This document shows, piece by piece, positions 42,815-52,355 of a stretch of 64,000 bases of DNA. Origin of the DNA: Bacteroidia bacterium (lineage in GTDB: Bacteria; Bacteroidota; Bacteroidia; M30B66); assembly GCA_965279035.1 (NCBI GenBank), contig OZ257142.1, positions 1,280,001 through 1,344,000 of the forward strand. The letters run 5' to 3'. Numbering within the stretch: the stretch's first letter is position 1; the number at the start of each line of letters is the position of its first letter. Below the pieces are notes generated by a model, which saw nothing but the letters and a program-made list of their open reading frames with translations, was not told where the DNA came from and ran no database searches. The translations under genes were made by a program, and so were the position numbers.

Positions 42815-42846
42815 AAAAAAAAGCTAACGGGTTAGGTTAGCTCTTT
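42815..42846 (-). terminator. Intrinsic terminator-like hairpin between the lamin-tail gene and the TonB receptor gene
   Basis: AGCTAAC-gggttag-GTTAGCT next to an A8 run (U tract on the minus strand). Confidence 0.65.
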
Positions 42847-42852
42847 AAATAA

Positions 42853-43761
42853 TTAACGAATGACAATCTTCTGTATTGATACAGATTTATCCAAATTCTG
42901 AATTTGTAAATAATAAACTCCACGTGGAAGTTCATCAACTAGTACTTTCATCAATGGGCTGTTATTCTGATTTTTAGATTCAAAAACAACCTGTCCAATC
43001 ATGTTTGTTATTTGGATTCCAGAAAAAGATTTGTTGGAGCTGATATGCAACTCATTATTTAAAACTGGATTTGGAAAAACACGCACTTGACTTGCGTTTG
43101 AAATGTCATTCACTGTATTAATCGTATTGCAAATACAATCGTGAGTTCCAAGATTTGTCCAAGTATTATTCACCAAGGTATCATACTGTGCCATTGGATC
43201 AAAGAAATCAGGATTAGTTATAACTCCAGTTTGAACTGCAGATTTACGAATCATCGTATGATCTTTTGTAATCCAAGCTCCTGTACCTGAAAAAGGAAAT
43301 TCATTGGTCCAAGCTGTTCCTGGGTCTTCTCCAATTTTACCGAAAAGATCGACCATTACTTCACCTTTAAATAATCCAATTGCATCATTTCCATTCATGT
43401 ATGTTGGAGCTGGATAAGCACCATCAGCTTGATCGGCCATTGCAAGTAAGTCAGGACTAACAGCAGGTGAATTAGTTTGTGAAACGGTTTGTCCATTTGT
43501 TATAACTCGAACATCAAGAGCAGCTAGAGTACCAGTCAATTGCAAAATACCTCCTGCAGTATAATCAGAAGCCCCATTCGAAAAACGACGGATAGAATAA
43601 GTACTTAAATCAATTGGAGTTGCAGTTGGGTTGTAAATTTCAATCGCTTTGTCATTCCCACTTCCTTCTACATATTCAGAAATAAAGAGTTCATTGCATT
43701 GAGAAAATGCGCTAATGCTAACTAATAAGAAAGCACTTGTCATGGTGTAAAATTTCTTCAT
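42853..43761 (-). CDS. Lamin-tail-domain (LTD) protein with T9SS CTD
   Basis: LFISEYVEGSGNDKAIEIYNPT, NGNDAIGL, TKDHTMIRK; VFPNPV...GVYYL. Confidence 0.85.
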   Translation of the reverse strand: MKKFYTMTSAFLLVSISAFSQCNELFISEYVEGSGNDKAIEIYNPTATPIDLSTYSIRRFSNGASDYTAGGILQLTGTLAALDVRVITNGQTVSQTNSPAVSPDLLAMADQADGAYPAPTYMNGNDAIGLFKGEVMVDLFGKIGEDPGTAWTNEFPFSGTGAWITKDHTMIRKSAVQTGVITNPDFFDPMAQYDTLVNNTWTNLGTHDCICNTINTVNDISNASQVRVFPNPVLNNELHISSNKSFSGIQITNMIGQVVFESKNQNNSPLMKVLVDELPRGVYYLQIQNLDKSVSIQKIVIR

Positions 43762-43926
43762 CGTTCAGATTTTGTTGCAGCAAAATTACTCATTTGAATC
43801 TCTTAACATAGTTATGTGTTAACAATTAAAGTTTTGTTAACGCAATCGTCGATTTCAAACGAATCTAATTTGATCTTAAGCTCTCGGGAAGAAATCTTTA
43901 TCTTTGCCGCCCTTAAACAAAACGTC

Positions 43927-44898
43927 ATGAAAGGCCCAATTTCCCAATTTATAGAGAAACATTATCTTCATTTTAACTCTGCAGCTCTTGTTGATGCTGC
44001 TAAAGGATATGAAACTCATCTTCTCGAAGGAGGTAAAATGATGGTAACTCTTGCTGGTGCAATGAGTACTGCCGAATTAGGGAAATCATTTGCAGAAATG
44101 ATCCGTCAGGGTAAAGTCGATATTATATCCTGTACTGGAGCAAATCTCGAAGAGGACATTATGAATTTAGTTGCTCATTCTCACTATAAGCGCGTCCCTC
44201 ATTATCGGGATTTAAGTCCACAGGATGAATGGGATTTGTTGGAAGATGGATTTAATCGTGTGACAGATACCTGCATACCCGAAGAAGAAGCATTTCGCAG
44301 AATTCAGAAACACATTGTGAAACAATGGATGGGTGCACAAGAAAGCGGTCAACGTTTTTTTCCGCATGAATTCATGTATAAGATGTTGCTTTCAGGTGAA
44401 ATGGTGCAGTATTATGAAATTGATCCAAAAGACAGTTGGATGATTGCTGCTGCAGAACGCAATATTCCGATTGTAGTTCCAGGTTGGGAAGACAGTACGA
44501 TGGGAAATATTTTTGCATCCTATTGTATTAAAGGAGAATTGCAGCCTTCCGTTATGAAATCGGGCATCGAATATATGATGTGGCTCACCGAATGGTATCG
44601 TGCAAATTCATCTGGGAAAGGAGTTGGTTTTTTTCAGATTGGTGGTGGTATAGCCGGTGATTTCCCTATATGTGTTGTTCCTATGATGTATCAAGATTTG
44701 GAATGGCATGATGTACCATTTTGGGCATATTTCTGTCAAATTTCAGATTCAACAACTTCCTACGGTTCCTATTCTGGAGCTGTTCCTAATGAAAAGATTA
44801 CTTGGGGGAAATTAGATAAGAATACACCCAAATTCATTGTTGAATCAGATGCTACGATTGTAGCACCTTTGATTTTTGCTTGGGTTTTAGGCTGGTAA
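43927..44898 (+). CDS. Deoxyhypusine-synthase-like protein (possible homospermidine synthase)
   Basis: TLAGAMSTAE, TGANLEED, IGGG, SYSGAVPNEKITWGK, SDAT; TATCTTTG box at 43899. Confidence 0.88.
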   Translation: MKGPISQFIEKHYLHFNSAALVDAAKGYETHLLEGGKMMVTLAGAMSTAELGKSFAEMIRQGKVDIISCTGANLEEDIMNLVAHSHYKRVPHYRDLSPQDEWDLLEDGFNRVTDTCIPEEEAFRRIQKHIVKQWMGAQESGQRFFPHEFMYKMLLSGEMVQYYEIDPKDSWMIAAAERNIPIVVPGWEDSTMGNIFASYCIKGELQPSVMKSGIEYMMWLTEWYRANSSGKGVGFFQIGGGIAGDFPICVVPMMYQDLEWHDVPFWAYFCQISDSTTSYGSYSGAVPNEKITWGKLDKNTPKFIVESDATIVAPLIFAWVLGW

Positions 44899-44960
44899 TT
44901 AGAGTATTTCGTGTTGTTGGATAGATTGTTTGATACTTTTTCTGAGACAGAGCATTGACC

Positions 44961-46004
44961 ATGATGAACAGAATGACCATTTTCGGTCCATGCAGCGCTG
45001 AATCTGAAGAACAGGTCTTAACAACTGCTCGTCAAATTGCTTCACGTTTTCCGAATAATATTTTCCGTGCGGGTATATGGAAACCTCGCACACGACCCGG
45101 TGCCTTCGAAGGAATAGGGGAAAAGGCACTTGAATGGATGAAATTAGTTCGTTCCGAAACGGGGATGGAAATCATTACTGAAGTTGCTACACCTGAACAC
45201 TTGGAAGCTGTTTTAAAAGCAGGATTTAAGCATGTTTGGATTGGAGCAAGAACAACCGTTAATCCCTTTTCAGTTCAAGAATTAGCGGATGCTTTGAAAG
45301 GAGTTGAAGTAAATGTGTTTGTTAAGAATCCGTTGAATCCGGATCTTGCATTGTGGATTGGTGCTGTTGAACGTATTCAACTTGCAGGTGTTTTGAGCGT
45401 ATCAGCAATTCATCGTGGATTTCATTCATATGAAAATTCACCTTATCGGAATGCTCCTCGTTGGGATATAATGATTGATTTTAAAACGCAAATGCCAGGC
45501 GTTCCAGTAATTTGTGACGCAAGCCATATAAGCGGAATCCCCAGTTTAATTCAAAGTGTTTCTCAAAAAGCATTGGATTTAGATTGTGATGGATTAATGA
45601 TCGAAACTCATGTTCATCCAGAGTTAGCTCTTACAGACGCTAAACAACAAATCACACCTGCATTTTTAGAGACAATAATTAATAGTCTTGTAATTCGGAA
45701 CGCTTCTTCATCAAGTGAAGGTTTCTATAGGAAATTGTTGGAATTACGATCTCGCGTTGATTCAATTGATGATTCAATTATTCAATCTCTCATCGCTCGT
45801 AAACGATTAATTCAAGAAATTGCCTTATTCAAGAAAGAGAATGAGGTAACTATTCTCCAAATTAAACGATGGGAAGAGATTTTACATCGTCAAATATCAA
45901 ATGCAAAAGACTCTGGTTTAAGTTCTGATTTCGTAAAACGACTTTATGAATTAATTCACGAAGAGTCGATACGAATTCAAACTGAACTGTTTGGTTTAGA
46001 TTGA
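44961..46004 (+). CDS. Bifunctional DAH7P synthase / chorismate mutase type II
   Basis: GPCSAESE, WKPRTRP, WIGARTT, DASHI, ETH..P; C-terminal AroQ-like LRSRVDSID...IHEESIRIQ. Confidence 0.92.
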   Translation: MMNRMTIFGPCSAESEEQVLTTARQIASRFPNNIFRAGIWKPRTRPGAFEGIGEKALEWMKLVRSETGMEIITEVATPEHLEAVLKAGFKHVWIGARTTVNPFSVQELADALKGVEVNVFVKNPLNPDLALWIGAVERIQLAGVLSVSAIHRGFHSYENSPYRNAPRWDIMIDFKTQMPGVPVICDASHISGIPSLIQSVSQKALDLDCDGLMIETHVHPELALTDAKQQITPAFLETIINSLVIRNASSSSEGFYRKLLELRSRVDSIDDSIIQSLIARKRLIQEIALFKKENEVTILQIKRWEEILHRQISNAKDSGLSSDFVKRLYELIHEESIRIQTELFGLD

Positions 46005-46186
46005 TTATATTAGGATTAACTGTTGTGGATAATTCTAATTTTCTTACTATTTATCGATTCAGTTTTATTTAATTCAATCCAAATCAAAACTGAATTCGAA
46101 ACTCTGTATTTTTTTCTATTTTGCCGCTCCTGAATTCTTCAATTGGATTCAGTCAATTTTGTATTGATTCATTAATTATCCTAAAC

Positions 46187-47644
46187 ATGAGTTTGCATCG
46201 TAAAAAGAACCTAGCCAATTTGATGACACAGACGGCCGAATCTGAAAAAGGCCTCAAACGGACACTTGGAGCTGGCAATTTGGTCGCTTTGGGAATAGGT
46301 GCAATTATCGGAGCTGGCCTTTTTGTTAGAACTGCCGCAGCTTCTGCTGAAGCCGCTGGTCCTGCAGTTACTTTGTCATTTGTTGTAGCTGCAATTGGTT
46401 GTGCCTTGGCTGGACTTTGTTATGCAGAGTTCGCATCGATGATTCCAATTGCTGGTAGTGCGTATACTTACGCTTATGCTACAATGGGGGAGTTGGTTGC
46501 TTGGATTATTGGATGGTCTCTAATTTTGGAATATGCACTTGGAGCAGCTACTGTTGCTATTGCATGGAGCGAATACATGAATAAACTGTTAGGAGGAATA
46601 ATTCCCTATGAATGGTGTCATTCCCCATTTGAAGGTGGGTATATGAATTTTCCTGCATTGATAGTTTTATTGTTAATCACGCTATTACTCATTCGAGGAA
46701 CAAGTGAATCGGCTAAAGTAAATGCTATCATTGTTTTTGTTAAGGTTGCAATTGTGTTGGCATTTATCGCCATTGGTTGGCAGTTTATTCGTCCTGAAAA
46801 TCATACACCATATATGATACCTGAAGGTACCCCTCCAGTATTAGATAAAAATGGGAAAATACTCATTGATTATTCTGGATATTTCCGTCATGGTTGGGGC
46901 GGTATTTTAGGCGGTGCCGCCATTGTGTTTTTTGCCTTTATTGGGTTTGATGCTGTTTCTACTGCCGCTCAAGAAGCGAAAAATCCCAAACGTGATATGC
47001 CCATTGGTATTCTAGGATCTCTAGCAATTTGTACCATTTTGTATATATTATTCTCTCACGTGTTAACAGGAGTTGCCAATTGGAGTGAATTTACTACTGC
47101 AGGGAAAGAAGCATCTGTTACTTATGCAATTGATACATACATGCATGGGTATGGATGGCTTTCTACTTCAATTACTGTTGCCATTCTCGCAGGATTTTCT
47201 TCCGTTATATTAGTAATGCTCATGGGGCAAAGTCGAGTTTTTTATTCTATGGCAAATGATGGATTATTACCTAAGCTATTTTCAGATCTTCATCACAAAT
47301 ACAGAACTCCTTTTAAATCAAACTGGATTCTTTTTGCATTTGTAGGTGCTTTTGCGGCTTTTATTCCAGGAAGCATAGCAGGCGATTTAACTAGTATAGG
47401 AACACTATTCGCGTTTATTCTTGTATGTGCAGGTGTTCTAATTCTTAGAAAGTCAGACCCCCAACTTAAAAGACCATTTAAAACTCCATTAGTTCCTATT
47501 GTTCCCCTTTTGGGAATATTGGTTTGCGCATCTATGATTATTTCATTACCAGGACAAACTCAAATTAGTTCCTTGGTTTGGATGTTAATTGGGCTTGGAC
47601 TTTACTTTTCATATTCTCGGAAGAAAAGTAATCTTCATAAATAA
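46187..47644 (+). CDS. APC-family amino acid permease (cationic amino acid transporter-like)
   Basis: GAIIGAGLF, CYAEFAS, GSAYTY, FIGFDAVST, about 12 hydrophobic segments. Confidence 0.92.
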   Translation: MSLHRKKNLANLMTQTAESEKGLKRTLGAGNLVALGIGAIIGAGLFVRTAAASAEAAGPAVTLSFVVAAIGCALAGLCYAEFASMIPIAGSAYTYAYATMGELVAWIIGWSLILEYALGAATVAIAWSEYMNKLLGGIIPYEWCHSPFEGGYMNFPALIVLLLITLLLIRGTSESAKVNAIIVFVKVAIVLAFIAIGWQFIRPENHTPYMIPEGTPPVLDKNGKILIDYSGYFRHGWGGILGGAAIVFFAFIGFDAVSTAAQEAKNPKRDMPIGILGSLAICTILYILFSHVLTGVANWSEFTTAGKEASVTYAIDTYMHGYGWLSTSITVAILAGFSSVILVMLMGQSRVFYSMANDGLLPKLFSDLHHKYRTPFKSNWILFAFVGAFAAFIPGSIAGDLTSIGTLFAFILVCAGVLILRKSDPQLKRPFKTPLVPIVPLLGILVCASMIISLPGQTQISSLVWMLIGLGLYFSYSRKKSNLHK

Positions 47645-47682
47645 AATCCCCACATAATTCTTTCATTTATAATACATTAAAT

Positions 47683-47720
47683 AGAAAGCTCCTTATTTTT
47701 AAAGGAGCTTTCTGCTTTTT
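47683..47720 (+). terminator. Intrinsic terminator after the permease
   Basis: AGAAAGCTCCTT-N7-AAGGAGCTTTCT followed by a T run. Confidence 0.75.
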
Positions 47721-47767
47721 ATAATCTCTTCATATCATAATCTTATGTGTAAGAATGATGTAAGAAA

Positions 47768-47800
47768 TTTGGATTGTTGATTAAAATTCCATTACTTTTG
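47768..47800 (+). promoter_or_regulatory. Bacteroidota promoter (-33 TTTG / -7 TACTTTTG) for paralog 1
   Basis: TTTG at 47768 and TACTTTTG at 47793, 21-nt spacer. Confidence 0.6.
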
Positions 47801-47975
47801 TGAATCCATAGAGGAATCAAACACAATAATCTTGAAAAATAGTACTAAGTATAATTTTTATTTCGCTGAAAAACAGATTATTATATTTTGAGAAATGGAA
47901 TATATCTTACATAGGTAACTATCCTTTTTCCTATCCGTTTATCCACTCGAAAACTCCTAACCAAATAAAAACCCA

Positions 47976-50135
47976 ATGAAAAACAACAACCCTTTTAAAC
48001 TTGCTGGACTAGCTCTCTTTGCAGCGCTTAGTTTAGGGCAAACTGGAATTGCCAATGCTTCAAAAAGCAATATTCTTGAGATTCAAGATGAAGTCGCACC
48101 AGCAAACTATTTGAATTTAACTTCAATGTGCTCTGACGACCCAACAGTTAGTCGTCGTTGGAGAGTTCGAAACAACACTGCATCACCTGTATCTTTTACA
48201 TGGGATGTTTATGGCACTAGCCAAACTGGTTCTGGTATTGCAGCTCCAGGTGATAATTTCTTTGAAACAGTTACTGTTCCTAGTTCTCCTAATACAACTC
48301 GTATTTTCTGGACAGTAGGTTCTACTTCTTATAATAAAGTAAAGGCTTCTGGTGGAGCAATATGCGAACCTGTTGTACCTCAAGGATGTTTTGGTGTTGA
48401 AGTAACATATTACAATCAAGGTCTTACTAAACTTGGAACAGCGGTTAACCCTGAGCGTTCTATTACATCTAATGTTTTAGGTGCACCTGATGGACAATCT
48501 CCTGTAGCAAATGCTCCCGTTCAAAACTTTTATTCTTTAGGTTTTGGTGGAACAATAGAAATTCGTTTTGCAGGTCCAATTGCTAATGGTCCAGGAAACG
48601 ATGTTAAAATTTGGGAATCATCTGCAAGTCCTAATGCTGAACAAGCTGAGATTTTAGTTTCTCAAGATGGTCTTGGATATACTTCAGTTGGTATAATCAG
48701 CCAAGGAGGAGAAGTTGATTTTGCAAGTGCTTTCTCTGACTATATTCAATTCATTAAAATTGTTGATGTAAGTAACCCAGCAAACTTCTCAAACAATCAA
48801 ATTTCTGATGGTTTTGATGTGGATGCAGTTGAGTGTATTCATGGTTCTTACAGCATTCCTCCTTCATGCTATGCTGAAGAAGTTGTTTCATTTAACCAGA
48901 AAAAACAAAATGATGGTTCAACTGTAGCTATTGGCCGCAGCAATCCTTTAAAAGCATTATTTGCTCCTGAGAATAACGATACAGAGAACTTCGTATCATT
49001 AGGATTTGGTGGAGACATCACATTGAAATTCGGTAGCCCAATTCACAATGGTCCTGGAGATGACGTTCGCGTAATCGAAAGTACATTTGGAAATCAAAGT
49101 TGCGCTCGTTACCCAGAAACAATCCGCGCTTATGCATCACAAGATGGTTGTCATTTCGTATGGATTGGCGATGGTTGTCAAGATACTGATTTCGATTTAG
49201 GATCAGGACCAGGATCATTAGGATGGGCACAATACATTAAATTAGTTGATATCAGCCCAATCGGAGCTACATACACAGGAACTCCAATTGCTGACGCATA
49301 TGATGTTGATGGAATTATGTGCTTAAATGGTTACGAAGCAAGTCCAATTCCTGCTTCTTTAGTTGCTGGATTCGCTGCTCATGTAGAAAACTACTCACCA
49401 GCATTACGTAAAAACGGAAGTCCAATTACACCAGCTCGTACAAATCCTAACAATGCTTTAGGAGCACCACAAGGAACTGATGTTATCAACTTCGTATCTC
49501 TTGGATTTGGTGGTTCATTGACATTGAAGTTTGACTATGTAATTTTTGATAATCCTGCTGCAAATGATATCCGTATCGTTGAAACATCTTTCGGTAACCC
49601 ATCATGTGCACATTATTCAGAAAAAGTAATGGTAGAAGGATCTTTAGATAATATCAACTGGGTTACATTGACTTCAACAGATATTTGTTTAGATGGAGAA
49701 GTTGATATCAACAGTGCAGGTGTTATTCAATACCTACGTTTAACAGATCATTCACCAGCAGGATCTTTCTCTGGTTCGGCTGATGGATATGATGTTGATG
49801 GTTTAGTTGTAATCAATGATTGTTCTCCAAGTTCATCATCACTTCGTATAGATGATAACACAACAACAGCTGATGAAGTAGCTACTTCAGAAGTTTATCC
49901 AAATCCATTTACAGGATCAACGAATGTTGAGATTTCAACTGGAGATCAAGACAATACTGTAACAATCAGTGTAGTTAACTTCTTAGGTCAACGCGTTTAT
50001 ACAAAAACAATGAATGTTGCTACATCAAGCAAAATTCTTCACAATGTAGATTTGGCTGACTTGTCAAAAGGAGTTTATTTCTTAACTATTGAAACGAACT
50101 CTAACAAAGAAACTGTGAAGTTGATTAAAAACTAA
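47976..50135 (+). CDS. T9SS cargo protein, paralog 1: N-terminal LNLTSMCS domain, three SLGFGG domains, CTD
   Basis: Signal peptide; three SLGFGG...(Y/F)DVD(G/A) repeats; VYPNPF...GVYFL...KLIKN. Confidence 0.85.
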   Translation: MKNNNPFKLAGLALFAALSLGQTGIANASKSNILEIQDEVAPANYLNLTSMCSDDPTVSRRWRVRNNTASPVSFTWDVYGTSQTGSGIAAPGDNFFETVTVPSSPNTTRIFWTVGSTSYNKVKASGGAICEPVVPQGCFGVEVTYYNQGLTKLGTAVNPERSITSNVLGAPDGQSPVANAPVQNFYSLGFGGTIEIRFAGPIANGPGNDVKIWESSASPNAEQAEILVSQDGLGYTSVGIISQGGEVDFASAFSDYIQFIKIVDVSNPANFSNNQISDGFDVDAVECIHGSYSIPPSCYAEEVVSFNQKKQNDGSTVAIGRSNPLKALFAPENNDTENFVSLGFGGDITLKFGSPIHNGPGDDVRVIESTFGNQSCARYPETIRAYASQDGCHFVWIGDGCQDTDFDLGSGPGSLGWAQYIKLVDISPIGATYTGTPIADAYDVDGIMCLNGYEASPIPASLVAGFAAHVENYSPALRKNGSPITPARTNPNNALGAPQGTDVINFVSLGFGGSLTLKFDYVIFDNPAANDIRIVETSFGNPSCAHYSEKVMVEGSLDNINWVTLTSTDICLDGEVDINSAGVIQYLRLTDHSPAGSFSGSADGYDVDGLVVINDCSPSSSSLRIDDNTTTADEVATSEVYPNPFTGSTNVEISTGDQDNTVTISVVNFLGQRVYTKTMNVATSSKILHNVDLADLSKGVYFLTIETNSNKETVKLIKN

Positions 50136-50151
50136 GCATTTCTAAATCAAG

Positions 50152-50187
50152 AAAGCCCGTTCTGATTCGTTCAGAACGGGCTTTTTT
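50152..50187 (+). terminator. Intrinsic terminator of paralog 1
   Basis: AAAGCCCGTTCTGA-ttcgt-TCAGAACGGGCTTTTTT. Confidence 0.88.
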
Positions 50188-50406
50188 ATTAAATGAGGTT
50201 TTTACTTATCAATCTTAAATCTATCAGCAATAAAATACGAGATATAAATCAAGTCGCCTTTATTTTAGGGCAATAAGTGAGAGGATTAAAACTTTAGCAT
50301 CACATTCCTTACATGAATGTGGAAAAGTGCATGAAACCAAGATGATGTTGATTTCGTTTGGGGTGGTAATTCAAAAAAGCAGATTTACGAGTTCAAGCAT
50401 TTCAAG

Positions 50407-52209
50407 ATGAAAAGAAAACCTACTCTTAGTAATAAAACATCGCTCAAAACATCCATAAAGCAACGACTTATAAAAGGAGTAGCTGGAATGTTGATCGCAG
50501 TAGCTGCAGGCGGCATTGTTTATTTTAATTTCTTTAATAATACCGAGTCTAAAGCGAACCTTTATGAGGATGGACAAGAAGTTCATGATCTGAATTTGAC
50601 TTCTATGTGTTCCGAAAATCCTTCATTAATGAGACGGTGGAGGGTTAATAATCCTAATGATTTTGATGTCGCTGTCGAATGGGATGTTTATCCATATTTT
50701 CAAACAGGTTTATTGATCGCTCATTCGGGCGAAAACTTTTTTTATACCAATACGATTCCAGGCCCCAATACTGTTCGCATACGTTGGCAAGATGAGAATA
50801 TGGTATGGAAACAAAAAACAAAAGCTTCTTCTGGTGAGGCATGTTCTCCTCAAGGTTGTTTTGCAAGTGAAGTAATTTCATACTTACCTGCTAAACGAAA
50901 TGATGGTTCAACAATTCCAGCTGAACGTCAAGTTACTTCAAGAGCACTTGGTGCTCCAGAAGGAGATGATGCATTAAACTTTGTTTCACTAGGATTTGGA
51001 GGAGAGATCGTGTTGAAATTTGCTAGTCCAATCTCAAATAGTGAAGGAAACGACATTGCTATCACTGAAACAACTTATGGAAATCAAAATTGCAATAGAT
51101 ATCCTGAAAGAGTTCAAGCCTATGCTTCTCAAGATGGTTGTCATTTTATATTTCTTGGGGAAGGTTGTCAAGATGCACAATTTGACCTAAAAGATATGAG
51201 CTGGGCTCGCTATATTAAATTAAAAGACATCAGTCCAGTTGCACATAATTACAATAATGATGTTGCGGATGGATATGATGTTGATGGGATTACTTGTTTA
51301 CATGGCTCTTCAAACGGAACTGCAAATGATGGACTTGTTTCAGGTTCTGCTCAAGAAGTTGTACAATACATAAAAGGAACACGTAAAAATGGAACAGAAA
51401 TTCATCCTTCTAGAATCAACCCTGAAAATGCTTTAGGAGTACCTCAAAATGATGATTTAGGAGTTAATTTCGTATCACTAGGATTTAACGGAAGTCTTAC
51501 TCTTAAGTTTGATTTTGTAATTTTCAATGAGGAAGGGGCAGATTTACAAGTTGTTGAAACATCTTTTGGTGCACCCAATTGTCAAACCTATCCAGAAGCG
51601 GCCTATTTTGAAGGATCTCTTGACGGAATTAACTGGACTCCAATGGGTGAGATTTGTTTAGATGGAAGTTTGGATATTGGTGATGGAATTTATGCTATCC
51701 AATATGTGAAAGTAACAGATAGATCTCCAATGAGTAATTTCCCTAATTCGGCTGACGCATATGATTTAGATGGAATTGTGGTACTAAATGAAGTTTGTCC
51801 AGATTTATTGAATTCGCCAGGTAGTGGCAATGGAAATTCCGAAGGGGATGATGATGATAACGATGATGAAGGAGATGATGATAATGAAGGAGGAAATAAT
51901 GGGAATTCTAATCGTATATCTATTTATGATAATAATACTGTACCAGATGAGATTGCAGAAATTGATATCAGCCCTAACCCTTTTCACGACTCTTTTAAAT
52001 TGCAATACGAAACAGGATCAGTCAATGAAAAACTGAATATTAGATTGTTCAATTATGTTGGACAACTCGTTCATCAAGAATCCATTTCTGTTCCTAAGAG
52101 CACTAAGTATGCACATGAAATAAATGGTGCGAAGCTTCCTCGAGGTGTTTACATTGTAAGTATAGAATCCGGAGGACAAAAACAAAGTCTTAAAATCATT
52201 AAGAACTAA
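50407..52209 (+). CDS. T9SS cargo protein, paralog 2: long basic leader, LNLTSMCS domain, two SLGFxG domains, acidic tract, CTD
   Basis: Two FVSLGF(G/N)G...YPE...YDxDG repeats; ISPNPF...GVYIV...KIIKN. Confidence 0.85.
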   Translation: MKRKPTLSNKTSLKTSIKQRLIKGVAGMLIAVAAGGIVYFNFFNNTESKANLYEDGQEVHDLNLTSMCSENPSLMRRWRVNNPNDFDVAVEWDVYPYFQTGLLIAHSGENFFYTNTIPGPNTVRIRWQDENMVWKQKTKASSGEACSPQGCFASEVISYLPAKRNDGSTIPAERQVTSRALGAPEGDDALNFVSLGFGGEIVLKFASPISNSEGNDIAITETTYGNQNCNRYPERVQAYASQDGCHFIFLGEGCQDAQFDLKDMSWARYIKLKDISPVAHNYNNDVADGYDVDGITCLHGSSNGTANDGLVSGSAQEVVQYIKGTRKNGTEIHPSRINPENALGVPQNDDLGVNFVSLGFNGSLTLKFDFVIFNEEGADLQVVETSFGAPNCQTYPEAAYFEGSLDGINWTPMGEICLDGSLDIGDGIYAIQYVKVTDRSPMSNFPNSADAYDLDGIVVLNEVCPDLLNSPGSGNGNSEGDDDDNDDEGDDDNEGGNNGNSNRISIYDNNTVPDEIAEIDISPNPFHDSFKLQYETGSVNEKLNIRLFNYVGQLVHQESISVPKSTKYAHEINGAKLPRGVYIVSIESGGQKQSLKIIKN

Positions 52210-52224
52210 AAAAAACATATTCAT

Positions 52225-52257
52225 AAAAAAGGCTTGGGTTTTACTCAGGCCTTTTTT
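52225..52257 (+). terminator. Intrinsic terminator of paralog 2
   Basis: AAAAAAGGCTTGGGT-ttt-ACTCAGGCCTTTTTT (with G-U pairs). Confidence 0.75.
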
Positions 52258-52355
52258 GTTTTTTATGCTTCTCAACTTCGATTGTGCGAGTAAATTGAAA
52301 TGTTTACCTTTGTTTCTTCAACCTACCTTAACATTTCAAACAACAAACACTGTTT

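Noticed and set aside
43927-44898. Deoxyhypusine synthase as a eukaryote/archaea-like novelty
   Set aside because: DHS-like proteins are widespread in bacteria and are linked to polyamine synthesis.
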